DNA from: Trichinella spiralis
Lineage: Eukaryota
Reading direction: 5' to 3'
Assembly (NCBI RefSeq): GCF_000181795.1
Contig: NW_003526941.1
Span: 4,560,425-4,624,424, forward strand
DNA length: 64,000 nucleotides
Below, in pieces: positions 53,340 to 64,000 of the stretch. A model generated the notes under the pieces. It was not told where the DNA came from. It saw nothing but the letters and a program-made list of their open reading frames with translations, and did no database searches. Made by a program: the position numbers and the translations under genes. Within the stretch, counting starts at the first letter, position 1. Each line of letters begins with the position of its first letter.

Positions 53340-56300
53340 CATATAATGTGTGACGCAACATAGTGTTTACTTTCAAAATAGCACAAAAGTCGAATGAAGT
53401 AAAAATTTGTTTTTCAACATAATAAAATCCCCTTTGGATAGTAAAGTAGGGTAGAAAACCATTAATCTGGTTGTTTATTTTCCATTTAAATAATTCAAAT
53501 TTAAAGAACCCTGCATTCCACATAATGGAGAAAGAAACTGCAACCAACATTAAAAGGTGTCTTTTATAAAAGTCGGTATAAATAAACAGATAAACTGATG
53601 TTATATATGGTATGAAATTTCAATGAAAAATGGAAATAAATGCTTTCTATGTAGAAAATATCGATAAGGATAAAGCAGATTTGTTGTTACAATCGATTGA
53701 ACAAACAGAAAGCCATTACACACTTGTTTTGCCGTTATATTTTACTCTTTCCTCCAAGAGCCAGTTACTTTCCAATTGATCAATGGATTTAACTTCTCCA
53801 TGATAAATAAATAAATAAATATACGTATATATTTGCGTATGTATTTTTTGTAACTTTTAAAATTATATATGCCAATATTATAAATATATCAAAATGAAAA
53901 ATAAATAGCTATGAAGAAGAAAGAAAGTTTGTTAAAATGTTCCTTTTTATAATATTGTGCAAAAGGAAATTGCTCCTCCCATCAGTTCTGGGGCATTTTT
54001 CATTTGCCATGCTTTAACCTCACATTCAAGTGTTGCTCTTTTATTGTGTTCGAGTGGGTCGTGTGCTCAATCCAGTTGCAGAGGTTAGCTGGGTAAAAAA
54101 ATACTATGAAAAAACCATAGCACAGGTGCGCTTGCCACCCTTGTGGAGACCAGCCTTTTGTTGCCGAACACGAAGGTGGTCCGTCGTTCTACGACCATTG
54201 TCTTCCGGTCCAGACAGTGACCCGGCGCCGCCCCGACTTCAGCTGATCCACGCTAAGCGCCCGTGAATTGGTGCCATTTATTGAACAGTTAAAGCCTCTT
54301 AGATGTGGCCAGGTCGCGCAAAATGCACAATAAGCTGCCCAAACGACCGACCCGGATCGATCCGGATAAGTGAAAACAGCCTGCGGTCCAATTCCACACG
54401 TGCAAACGATCAAAATGAACATTATGATTTTCCAAGCTAGCCCAAAGGTCCAATCCAGTTCGACGTGCTGTTTCATCATGCTGTCATAAATTAGCTAAAC
54501 AAGCGGTTTAACTGTTGACCGTGTGGCCATCCTCGCAAATTTCAAGGTGTCGATTCATTGAATCGAGGATCGATGGATGCCCTTTCATGCTTGGACGTTT
54601 TGAGTGTTTTTCTTATGTCCTCAGAGTGAAAATTGTTCGTTCGATCGACCATCCGTGGTAAAGTGTCAGCCGTATTTGCGTGACGGCTGCCAATGAACAG
54701 CGAAAAGCACTTTCAAGGGTAGTTCAACAACTAATATAGCCTACGAGGTTCAGTTTGTAATTGCCCCTCTTTGCCTCAAATGTGGGTCTTGCATTATGCT
54801 TTGTTTAAGGCCATCTAATATGTATGTGTAATAGCTGCATAATCTTAGTGTAAATTTGCACGGCAAATTTACTTTCCAAGGTACACTACTAACTAACTAC
54901 ACTGATTGATACGTATAATGTGACAATTCTCACTCTGGCAATGGCATGTCAGTCTGACGGACGCGCGCCTTTCTTATTCTCTTCAATGAAAATTATTCAA
55001 ATTCCAAATATTCTTCTTCTTCTTCTTCTTCTTCTACATTCTCAAAGTTTATCACTGCAATTTTTCACCTTTTCGGCACCATGTACACTTGAAAAGTCCA
55101 TTGCAGACACACAGTATGTTGTATTTTCCTGTTGGTTTAATTAAAAATGAAATTTATTTCCATTGCTATTTATTTTGTTTTCTTCTTTTTTCTATTAATA
55201 TGCGTCAAATTTTCATCCGTGCATATTTGAATTGGTCGCGCAAATAATCAAAATCAAAGCGCGATAATTAAAAATGTCCATAATACCCAGCTCTGATTGC
55301 TATACTCTTATTAGCCGGCAGTCGATAAGTACGGCGAATTGCATTTCACATTTCATTGGCATACTGTAGTAGTTAGTGGCTGTCACCCCAATCGGTCGAA
55401 CAGGCTCTGGTTTGAATGTTTTGCTCAGAAAGCACAGAAACGAGTTTGCAATTTTCGTTCGATTTCTCAGCAAAGCTAAGGAAACGTTCAAGCAGTTCAT
55501 TGCAGATGAATGTTAAATTTCACAATAAATTATTCTTTTGATTTGTAATCCGGAAAAAATTATTTGATTAGATATAGTTTATTGCAGCAAATTTGTAGAA
55601 CAATTAAATTAAAGTCTTTTCAAAGCATGATTTTTTGTTGAAAAACTACATTGTGTGATTTGCACGTGCAAGGCAGAAATGTCTTTCTTATTCAAAATGA
55701 CAAAACGTATACATAACAATAAATTATACTTTGAACTGTAAAAATTTGAACATTTAAAATGTACCCACGTATTTTCATTATGACATCCTTTTTTGTTCTT
55801 TACTTTGCTTAAAATACTTAATTGAAACTTCAAACAGAAGCATTATACGATTCGATTTGTATAATTTGTATTTTACGGAGGTTTAATATTATATTCTTGA
55901 ATGGTTTCAGCGATCTTAACAGTCAAGAAAATCTGCTTGAAAATATCGCATGACATGATCACTGAAATAGGATGAACATATCCACCTTGAAAAGTTGGGT
56001 TGTATTTTTCCCTTCCTCTGCTTATTTATGAAAGAAATGCTCAAAGGTGATTTAACATTCACTTAGAGAAATAGAAAAAGAAAGCTAGTATAAATAAGCT
56101 TAAAACTGGTTCGACATTATTTATCATCCTTTTCATTCACTGGAAATGCAAAATTTATAAAACTGATCATGTACATACATTTCAGATTGACTAGATTAAA
56201 TGAGTAATTTTCAGTTTCAATTAAGAGATGTTTTTAATGAAATTAATTGCAATGTTCAAGCTTCGTCCGTGTTTGCTAGTCATTAAAAGAGAATTTGACA

Positions 56301-58559
56301 TTTTCAACATAATGCCGGTACAGTGTTTTCATTGTGCTGCTGTTTGTTTGCCGAAGCAGCTAGTTCAAGAGAACAGTCTGTTAGCTGGTGAAGTCAGCAG
56401 ATAGGCTGCTGTTATCGCGTCGCCTGGTTAAACAAAAGAGACGAGAAGCGGCGATGATTTGAAGAAACGCACGACGATAATGTGGCCCCATAATTGACGC
56501 GTCTCGCTCCTTGCGCAAACAAACCTAGCTATCTGTCTATCTATCCATAGCTGTATAGCAGTGTAGCATGTCGTGACCGTAGAAATGGACGGCTGTTTCA
56601 TAGCTAATTGTCGAACCAGGCAAAATCGAAACCGTCATCACATCTCCAACGCATCACCAACCTCCCACTGAACTGGCATACTGTAAAATGCTCAGACGAA
56701 CGTCAACGCATCAATGTGCGCAGGCGGTTGTGTTCAATTTCTACTTCCACTGACGACCAGCCAGCCTCTGAAGCTTGTTTTCTTAAACTGCAAAGCAAAA
56801 TGCTCGCTCAACCGGCGAGGCAAGAAATAAAGCGTCACCCCATTCAATGGTTGAAATTTAAAACTTAACTCGACCGCGCATTCATTCTCCATACGTTCAG
56901 TTTTGAAATTTCTTTACAATTGATGTCTAATCGATTTTGAAATTTTTTATTCACTCACCAACCAACCAGTACTATTTCTTTTATGCTGATCACATTAATA
57001 ATGATCAAGTAATAATGCGATTGATTCAGTTAAACTTAATTATATTATTTTTTACAAAACACAATTTATATAATTCATAAGACATTCAAAATGAAAGCCC
57101 TATGTACCGATCTACGAATTCTATCTACCAATGTCTGCTAACTTCTCTATCTATTGCACTACATCTACAGAACATTACTTTTTACGGTCCTTTTCCTAGT
57201 AACTTTAACGAATAGCGCACTGATCAAAATGACCCTACAGGCCTATTTTTATCTTAAATAATCCTTGGAAATTATGCTAAATATTTGGTATATTGCAAGA
57301 AACAAAGTATATCGTATGTAAATTAATACACATGGCAAATAAGCTTAGCAGAACACGACAAACAACGTCCTATTATTGAAAATAGAAACAAATGTACTTA
57401 CTTAGTGATAAATTTTTCACTTGGAGCACGTAGCCAACGGTAAACTTCATACAGGTAGATCAAGATCAAAACTGTGCAAGTAGATTTGGTGTAGAGTCTC
57501 CGGTGCCGAAGTGAAGCGAAGCGAAAGTAGCAGCGTTCAAATCACCTAAACTGAGCACAAATACTGTTTCAATTTCATTCCATTCTTGACGAAGATTAAT
57601 CTGAAATTTTCGCTGAAAAATTTGAATAAAATATTTATTTGCATATAGTCAACAATTTCACTGCTAACTTGTTCAATTCAATTGTTCACTGCTTGTTGAA
57701 AGGTCGCTCAATTACTTAATGATGTGATAAGATTGTGATGTTATTTACTTTATCTATTAACTTCATTTCAGCTATTTAACTTGATCCAGTTAAAAATCCA
57801 AGTAGATAATGAATCATTAATGAATGAATGAATGACAAGTAAATATAGAGAAACATCTGTATATTCAGAATAGTTGACATATATATTATTTCAAAAAGAA
57901 AACTGCATTTATTAATTGATGATGTGAAATGATATCTTACTGATATATGCATGTATATGTACAGATAGACGGATGGATGATGTAATGCGTGCTTTTAGTT
58001 TAATGATTGTGTTATTAAAGTTAGAATTAGAATTAAGCAAAGAGAAAAGAAAGCAGGGTTTAACTAGGGTAGGGGGGGGGAGGAGTGTTGGTTTCATTTG
58101 CATAAAATCAGATTATGCAGAGTATGTATTTTGTTAGTTTTTGATTTTGACTTTCTTTCTTTCTTTATACAGTTGTCTGTACATGGTTTGTTGGTTAGTT
58201 TATTGTTGCTTTCTGCAAAGCGTTCATCCACCCTGCTAGTGCTAGTGGATTTGAAATCGGTGGATTTTCATCCAGTCAGTCAGCAGTGACTTTCACTAGC
58301 CAGTAAGTAGCAGGAGATGAAGTGATTTGCTGATTTGTTCTTTTGCATTGATGCTTTTGATCATGGTCGAATGATCTGTTTGTCGACCACACAGCAAGAG
58401 GGGCAGAGAGAGTAGGAAAAAGTGGGGGAGAAGAGGAAAAAATATTAAAAGAAGTAAAGTAAGCAGAAATGGACGAGTAACTGAATGAATGAATGAATGA
58501 ATGAATGGAACGGAGAAAAAGAGCACCGGACAGCGGCTTGCCGCTAAGATGCGGATGTG

Positions 58560-58830
58560 CTCAGAGTGTTGTGTTTGCTGTCCAGCAGTTGGTCAACGTA
58601 CTAAGTAAACACGGTGTCCTGTGTTTGCCGGCCCTGAAAAAGACCACCCGGACTTCAGGCGCCAGGCATGGTTCAGTTTCTGTTTGCGCTACGGCCAAGC
58701 CGAGGCCGGCAATCCGCTTCACTGTCTCCCACGAGCTGTTGACACTCGATATGGCCAGGTGAAATGCCAAGTAAACAAGTACGAGAGAAAATGTCCCAGC
58801 TCAGTCACTGTCCAATGCAAACAATAACCA
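58560..58830. promoter_or_regulatory. Candidate enhancer: cluster of 7 FoxA/PHA-4 consensus sites (TRTTKRY)
   Basis: TGTTTGC at 58572, 58622, 58681; TGTTGAC at 58737; GTAAACA at 58605, 58771; GCAAACA at 58817. All lie in a locally GC-rich island. Confidence 0.55.
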
Positions 58831-59855
58831 TCAGCTAATCGCCGCCAGCCGGTTCAGGACTTAAGTAGCTGTCTCAAAGGTGCTCATAGCACGCCTCGTA
58901 TATACATATATATAAACCGCCAAAGACGTTTGAAAATTCAACAATATTGACCATGTCTGCGTTTCTGTGCAATAAAAAACCAGACTCTGAAAACGGTACT
59001 TTCTTCAATGTTGAGCTTTCCAAAATTTCATTCACACTAAAGGCATTCGCATTCATAATTTATGAAAACAAAACTTTTCAATTTTTCAAAAACAGCAACT
59101 AACTTACGAACGATATGGGACAGAAAATTTCAACAATAAACGCAGCTCATATTGATGATATATATCTATTATCCATGTCAAATTTCATTTCACAAAGTAA
59201 AAATATATTTTAAAAATATGCTCAATTATTCAAAGCAACAAAAACAAAATAATAATCAACTGGTAAATTTAATTTAAAACATGAAAATATGTGCATTTGT
59301 CTGTATGCGAACGTACAGAAAAGGGAAAAACAAACGGCTTGAAAAACGACGTAAAAAGCCGTCCTCAGTGCGCGCCTGAGGCACCTTTCATTACAAGGCG
59401 AAAACAGTTAAACGAAAGCGCCACTCAGACGAGCCCATCCAAAAAAAGAGAAAAACATAAAACCAACAAACAACCATCATCATATTTGTGGGCTACTTAG
59501 TTTACACAAAATGAAGGTCGACACAATACTGTCATGCAAACAGTCCATATAAACATATGCATATGTATATTACGCATATACACAGGGATTTTTGTATACG
59601 TGCATAAATATACATACATATATATGTGTGGAAGTGATCGATCGAGTAAAGCAGAAAATAAAAAATGCATATACAACAACTGCGCTTCATATAACTCAAC
59701 TATGAAAAATTAAGATGAAAATAAAGAAAGAAAACGGAGGGGGAATCAAGAAATAGAGAAACATAAAGAATTTAGAAGAAGAAACGGTGGAAGGAGAGAA
59801 AAAGCGCGAGAGCAAAAGAGAAAGCGGAAAAAATATATGCGTGCGTGAAAAAGAT

Positions 59856-59890
<35 letters not shown>

Positions 59891-60115
59891 ATATAACAAT
59901 AATTTTAAAGTTCGCTTTTGATGCGTTAACATAACATAAATCACCATTCTGGTCGATAACAAATGTCAGGTATGGATGCAAACAATGCGCTTGAAAAAGC
60001 GTAGAGGCACGGCGGTTTTCCCTGCGCAACGTGATGGCGGCGATGCCCACAAAAAGCAATCGAAACAATACTTTTTTTGTGGCAACGAAGCATGAAAAGA
60101 AGGCACCATGCGAAG

Positions 60116-62055
60116 TTACAGGTTCGCTGCTGAACCGGGATTGTTAGACGAATACAGTGTATGATAATAGGGCATGGAATCACTCATTGCCGATGATTGA
60201 CCAATTTGAGACATCATCGGACTCAATGAATTGTACGAAAGTTGTGCGGCAGCTGTGCTAGAGCCATTTCCATAACAATTCGGCAAATTGTAAGTCGAGT
60301 CTGGCTTGCTGGAGTCGATCAGGTTGGTAATGCTAAACGGATGAGTAAATGCCAATGTTCCAAACGGATCGTGAGTATAATTGGGAGGCAGTTGACCAAA
60401 CGACGAATAAACTGCTGATTGTGGCAGACTGTTCGGTGATGCACCATAGCTAATCACTGGGGCTAAACCTTCATTTGCCAGTGAAGACGAGCCAACTCCT
60501 ACTAATGAATCACGCGGGCTTGAACAAGACGCTCCCGCGCTGTTGGGACTGTTGTTCTCTGCCATCGCTTGCTGAAGAAGATTAACATCCAATGCACCAC
60601 CATCCGTAGTTGTTACCAATGTATTCGGGGTAGAATGACGAGTATCAGCACTTGGCCCTGCCATATCGTTTGCATTCAACATATTTCCGTGACTAGATGG
60701 TGAACCTGCAATCAAAGCAGAGCTGACGTGTTGTTGTTGTTGTTGCTGTTGTTTCTGCTGTTGTTGTTGTTGCTGTTGTTGTTGTTGTTGTTGTTGTTGC
60801 TGCTGCTGCTGCTGCTGCTGTTGCTGCTGTTGTTGCTGCTGCTGATCATCATCACCCGAAATCAGCAGCATATTACCTGCGCAGTCTTGTGACTGAATCT
60901 GTAAAAAGTACAGTAGTCCATTTCTAATATATTCTTGACAATAAAATTCTAACACTCACTTTACGCTCATCTGTCAACAAATCTACGCCGTGATTTTGCA
61001 TAGAATCAGTACCTTCACAAGGACTGCCACGACTTGCTTCGCTCAGTTGACCAGAACGCTGCTGTTGGATGTGATGCTGAAGTTCTTCTAATTCTTCTTC
61101 AACTTTTACCATCGCTTGAAAAGTACCACTTTCTGACATCGATGCGTTGCGAGATCCTTTGCCACCGCTACCGGCAATACCGGATCGCTTCTCGCATTTG
61201 AATCGTTTTTGCCGGCGAAGATAGCAACCGTTTTCAAACATGTTCCCACAATCTGGATGCAAAGTCCAAAAGCTACCTTTACCTGGCTTGTCAGGCGTTC
61301 GTGGTACTTTGACAAAGCAATCGTTGAAGCTCAAACTGTGGCGAATGCTGTTTTGCCAACGTTGCTGATTTTGACGGTAATAAGGAAACAAATCCATGAT
61401 AAATTGATAAATTTCACTCAGCGTTAGCATTTTCGAATTCGACTGCTGTATGGCCATGGTAATCAAGCTGATGTAGCTGTATGGTGGCTTCGCGTGTGTG
61501 TAACTTCGCCTACAACAGTTCGTTCATGCAGAGTGTTTTTGATTTTTGTATTAATGCAATAAAAAAAATCAATGAAACATACCTGTAAGTGTTTTTCGCA
61601 TTTCCACCGCGTGCCAATGAGGTGGATGAATTTCCCATGACAACTGAAGAATTGTTTGGCGTAACGTTTGTACTTGCTCCGACTTGCATTTGAGTTCGGC
61701 CAATTGGACTAAGAGCCGATGAGCCCATTGCCGACGGGCCCATTGTCAACGAGCTCATTGTAGACGCCATCGATGGCATGGAGCCATAACCGTTGAGCGT
61801 GTGATGGCCTCCCATGCTGTTCATACCCGTGAATGATGGCATATTGCTGTATGGATTGTTCAAAGCTGACGCGTTCATGTTTGCTGAAAGATTTGCATAC
61901 GAACCAATACCGGCTGAAGGATGAGCTTGAACAGAATATCCGGCTACAGCTGCTGCAGCCGCTGCCTGACCAAGAGTAGACGTTCCGTAGGTTAGAGCAG
62001 AATTGGGATCTGACGCGCCCGAATGATGATGACCGTAATCAGAGTGTAAAAGCAT
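60116..62055 (-). CDS. pha-4: Forkhead box A (FoxA / HNF3 / fork head / PHA-4) transcription factor, 601 aa
   Basis: Exons 62055-61583, 61509-60960, 60898-60116 (1806 nt, in frame). Forkhead domain [23 protein letters not shown]...[17 protein letters not shown]...[18 protein letters not shown] is FoxA-diagnostic; C-terminal FoxA region II/EH1-like HPFSITNLI is present. The ATG is directly preceded by acceptor tttgtag, so an extra upstream exon or trans-splicing is possible. Confidence 0.96.
60731..60844 (-). repeat. CAG/CAA trinucleotide repeat encoding Q30-K-Q7 in FoxA
   Basis: Counted from sequence: 90 nt of Gln codons (60755-60844), AAA, then 21 nt of Gln codons (60731-60751). Confidence 0.95.
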
Positions 62056-62499
62056 CTACAAAAGTAGCATCGCAGGTTAAAACAACAATCTTTTGGCATC
62101 AACGACAAAAGAACTGCATGCACTACATTACACTACACTGCACTGCACTGCACTACACTATACTACTCCATACTATACAAAACGCGTCAACCCTGGGCAA
62201 ATATCTTCAGGCGTTTTTTTCCATTACAATAAAACGCAAGTCAATTTCTGCGCTCAGATCAAAAATTCACTGTACCAATTAATAAATAAAAAATGAAAGC
62301 AAAGTACATAAGGAAACAGGAAAATGAAGAAGAAGAAGAAGAAAAAGGAAAAGAAAAAGAATGACAACATGAAAAGATATTGAACAACTCGATCTTTTCC
62401 CTTTTTGTGTTATATGCTAATGTTAATACACGTGAAGGTTGAAGAAGAAGAAGAAGAAGAAGAAGAAATTAACAAAAGCATCAACTCATACAGCACTCC

Positions 62500-62830
62500 T
62501 ATGAACGAACGGTAAGTCGACACTGGAGGCGACGTGAGCAAGCCGATTGTCAATATTGCTCAGAACAGACCGCGCAGCACAGGACGACAGCGTCACGTGA
62601 TCTCAGTCAGCCAATCACAGCGTAAGAATACAAATTCGACGAATCAACAATAACAACGTCGTGAACGTCAATTTTCCAATAGGCTGACTCGGTTACCTCG
62701 AGCAATCCTGCGCTACGTAAACACAGTGGGCTTTCTCGAAAAATCGTCATCTCAGTTGAACTGCAACGCACACCGCCAGTTGCCCACTACCTGCCAGGTT
62801 TGATTAGCACACTATACACGCCTATGTGAT
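62500..62830. promoter_or_regulatory. Putative FoxA promoter/proximal regulatory island
   Basis: GC-richer island 0.45-0.8 kb upstream of the ATG with TCACGTGA (62593), CCAAT (62611, 62676) and forkhead site GTAAACA (62717). Confidence 0.4.
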
Positions 62831-64000
62831 TTTCTGTTGCACTGTTTTTGATTTCTCTGTTTATTTGTTTTTGTTTTTAATTCAAAGTCAGTCGTATATA
62901 TATTTTAATGTAAACATAAAATTTTTTAATTCATCAATTTGAATATGATATGAAGACTGAATTGAGCAAAAATTATTTAAACAGCTGAAAAAGCATGACA
63001 ATAATTTTGTCATATCGAGTGAAACTGCGGAAATGAAAACTTTTAAGAAACTGAGTAAGCAGTAATGAAAAGAAATAATTATGAAATTGGAATAATCTGC
63101 AATTTGTTATGATTAAAATATTTTAGCATGTCTTCCGTCTGTCATCAGATCAGCAGTAATATGAAAAATTAAGTTGTTCAGTTGTTTCAGTATTTCAATT
63201 TTAAGCAAAACATCTTTAAACAATCCCTCCTGCCTTGTGAATTTGGAACTTAGACTATTTCCAACTAGAAGACTGCTTTGCAAGACTTTGGACTAAGCTA
63301 CAAACACACGCACATTCATTTTGGCATGCTGCGCACGAAACTTATTTTTCTTCTCTAATTCTCCTTTGCATGGACTCAATAATGAGCAAAAGAAAAACGT
63401 TGATAAATACAAAAATATATTTAAAAAATGTTAACAAACCTGAGTGGAATGAGCATTTTTCTAAGTTTACCAGAGATTTGAAGCAACTAGTATTACCAGA
63501 AGAATGGGAAGAAGAACGGGAGAGATTTTGAACATCACTTCTTCAGTTATTGCAGTCATTTCTCAAAGAATGCAATTCAGAGGGAATTGAATTGTGATTC
63601 AACAACCGTTGCAAAGCTGCTCACGAGCAGGGGAACGGTTGCCCGTCGTTGAATTATTGAAAGACTATGAACTAGAAATAACAGATTGCAGAGCTTGCTG
63701 AAAAAGTGGATAACCAACTACAGACTCATCAGTGATCACCAAAGCAACATTAGAGTTTAAAACTGTTTCAACCCCGCCAATCAACGGGGAAGAAGACCAT
63801 AAAAGCTGCATTCCAGTGATTCATCTTTGACATATCAATTTATCACATTGAACATGTGTTCTCAGAAAGTAGCCATCACACAACAGCGCAAGCAACAGAG
63901 TACCGTTCAAAAATGACAAACTTATAATTGTCAAAAAGTAAAAAGCTTCAAACATCCTATTATTGCGCCACTAATGATTTCACCAGAACTGACAGGAAAT

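Noticed and set aside
58505..58827. Short ORFs on both strands in the GC island
   Set aside because: No recognisable domain or exon chain; better explained as regulatory DNA.

Overview
AT-rich eukaryotic scaffold with short GT-AG introns, N-gaps and low-quality read ends. It looks like a nematode draft assembly; a Trichinella-like clade I worm is my inference only. The left ~28 kb is repeat territory: a hierarchical C-rich satellite (1-2.8 kb), a piggyBac relic, and a multi-kb inverted duplication (~5.5-11.1 kb vs ~19.6-24.55 kb) carrying decayed multi-exon gene relics. The centre of that duplication holds two oppositely oriented minisatellites built from consensus 5' splice sites, flanking a palindromic GC-rich element, plus an orphan CSPG/FRAS1-type exon. 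13.4-18.3 kb is probably redundant contigs. The right ~36 kb is single-copy with three intact minus-strand genes: a PIM-family Ser/Thr kinase (4 coding exons, 491 aa), GPATCH3 (2 exons, 483 aa) and FoxA/pha-4 (3 exons, 601 aa, Q30-K-Q7). A Chapaev3-type DNA transposon derivative with intact TIR/TSD lies just upstream of GPATCH3, and a dense forkhead-site cluster lies downstream of FoxA. I could not support any tRNA, rRNA or CRISPR call. All identities were judged by eye, not computed.
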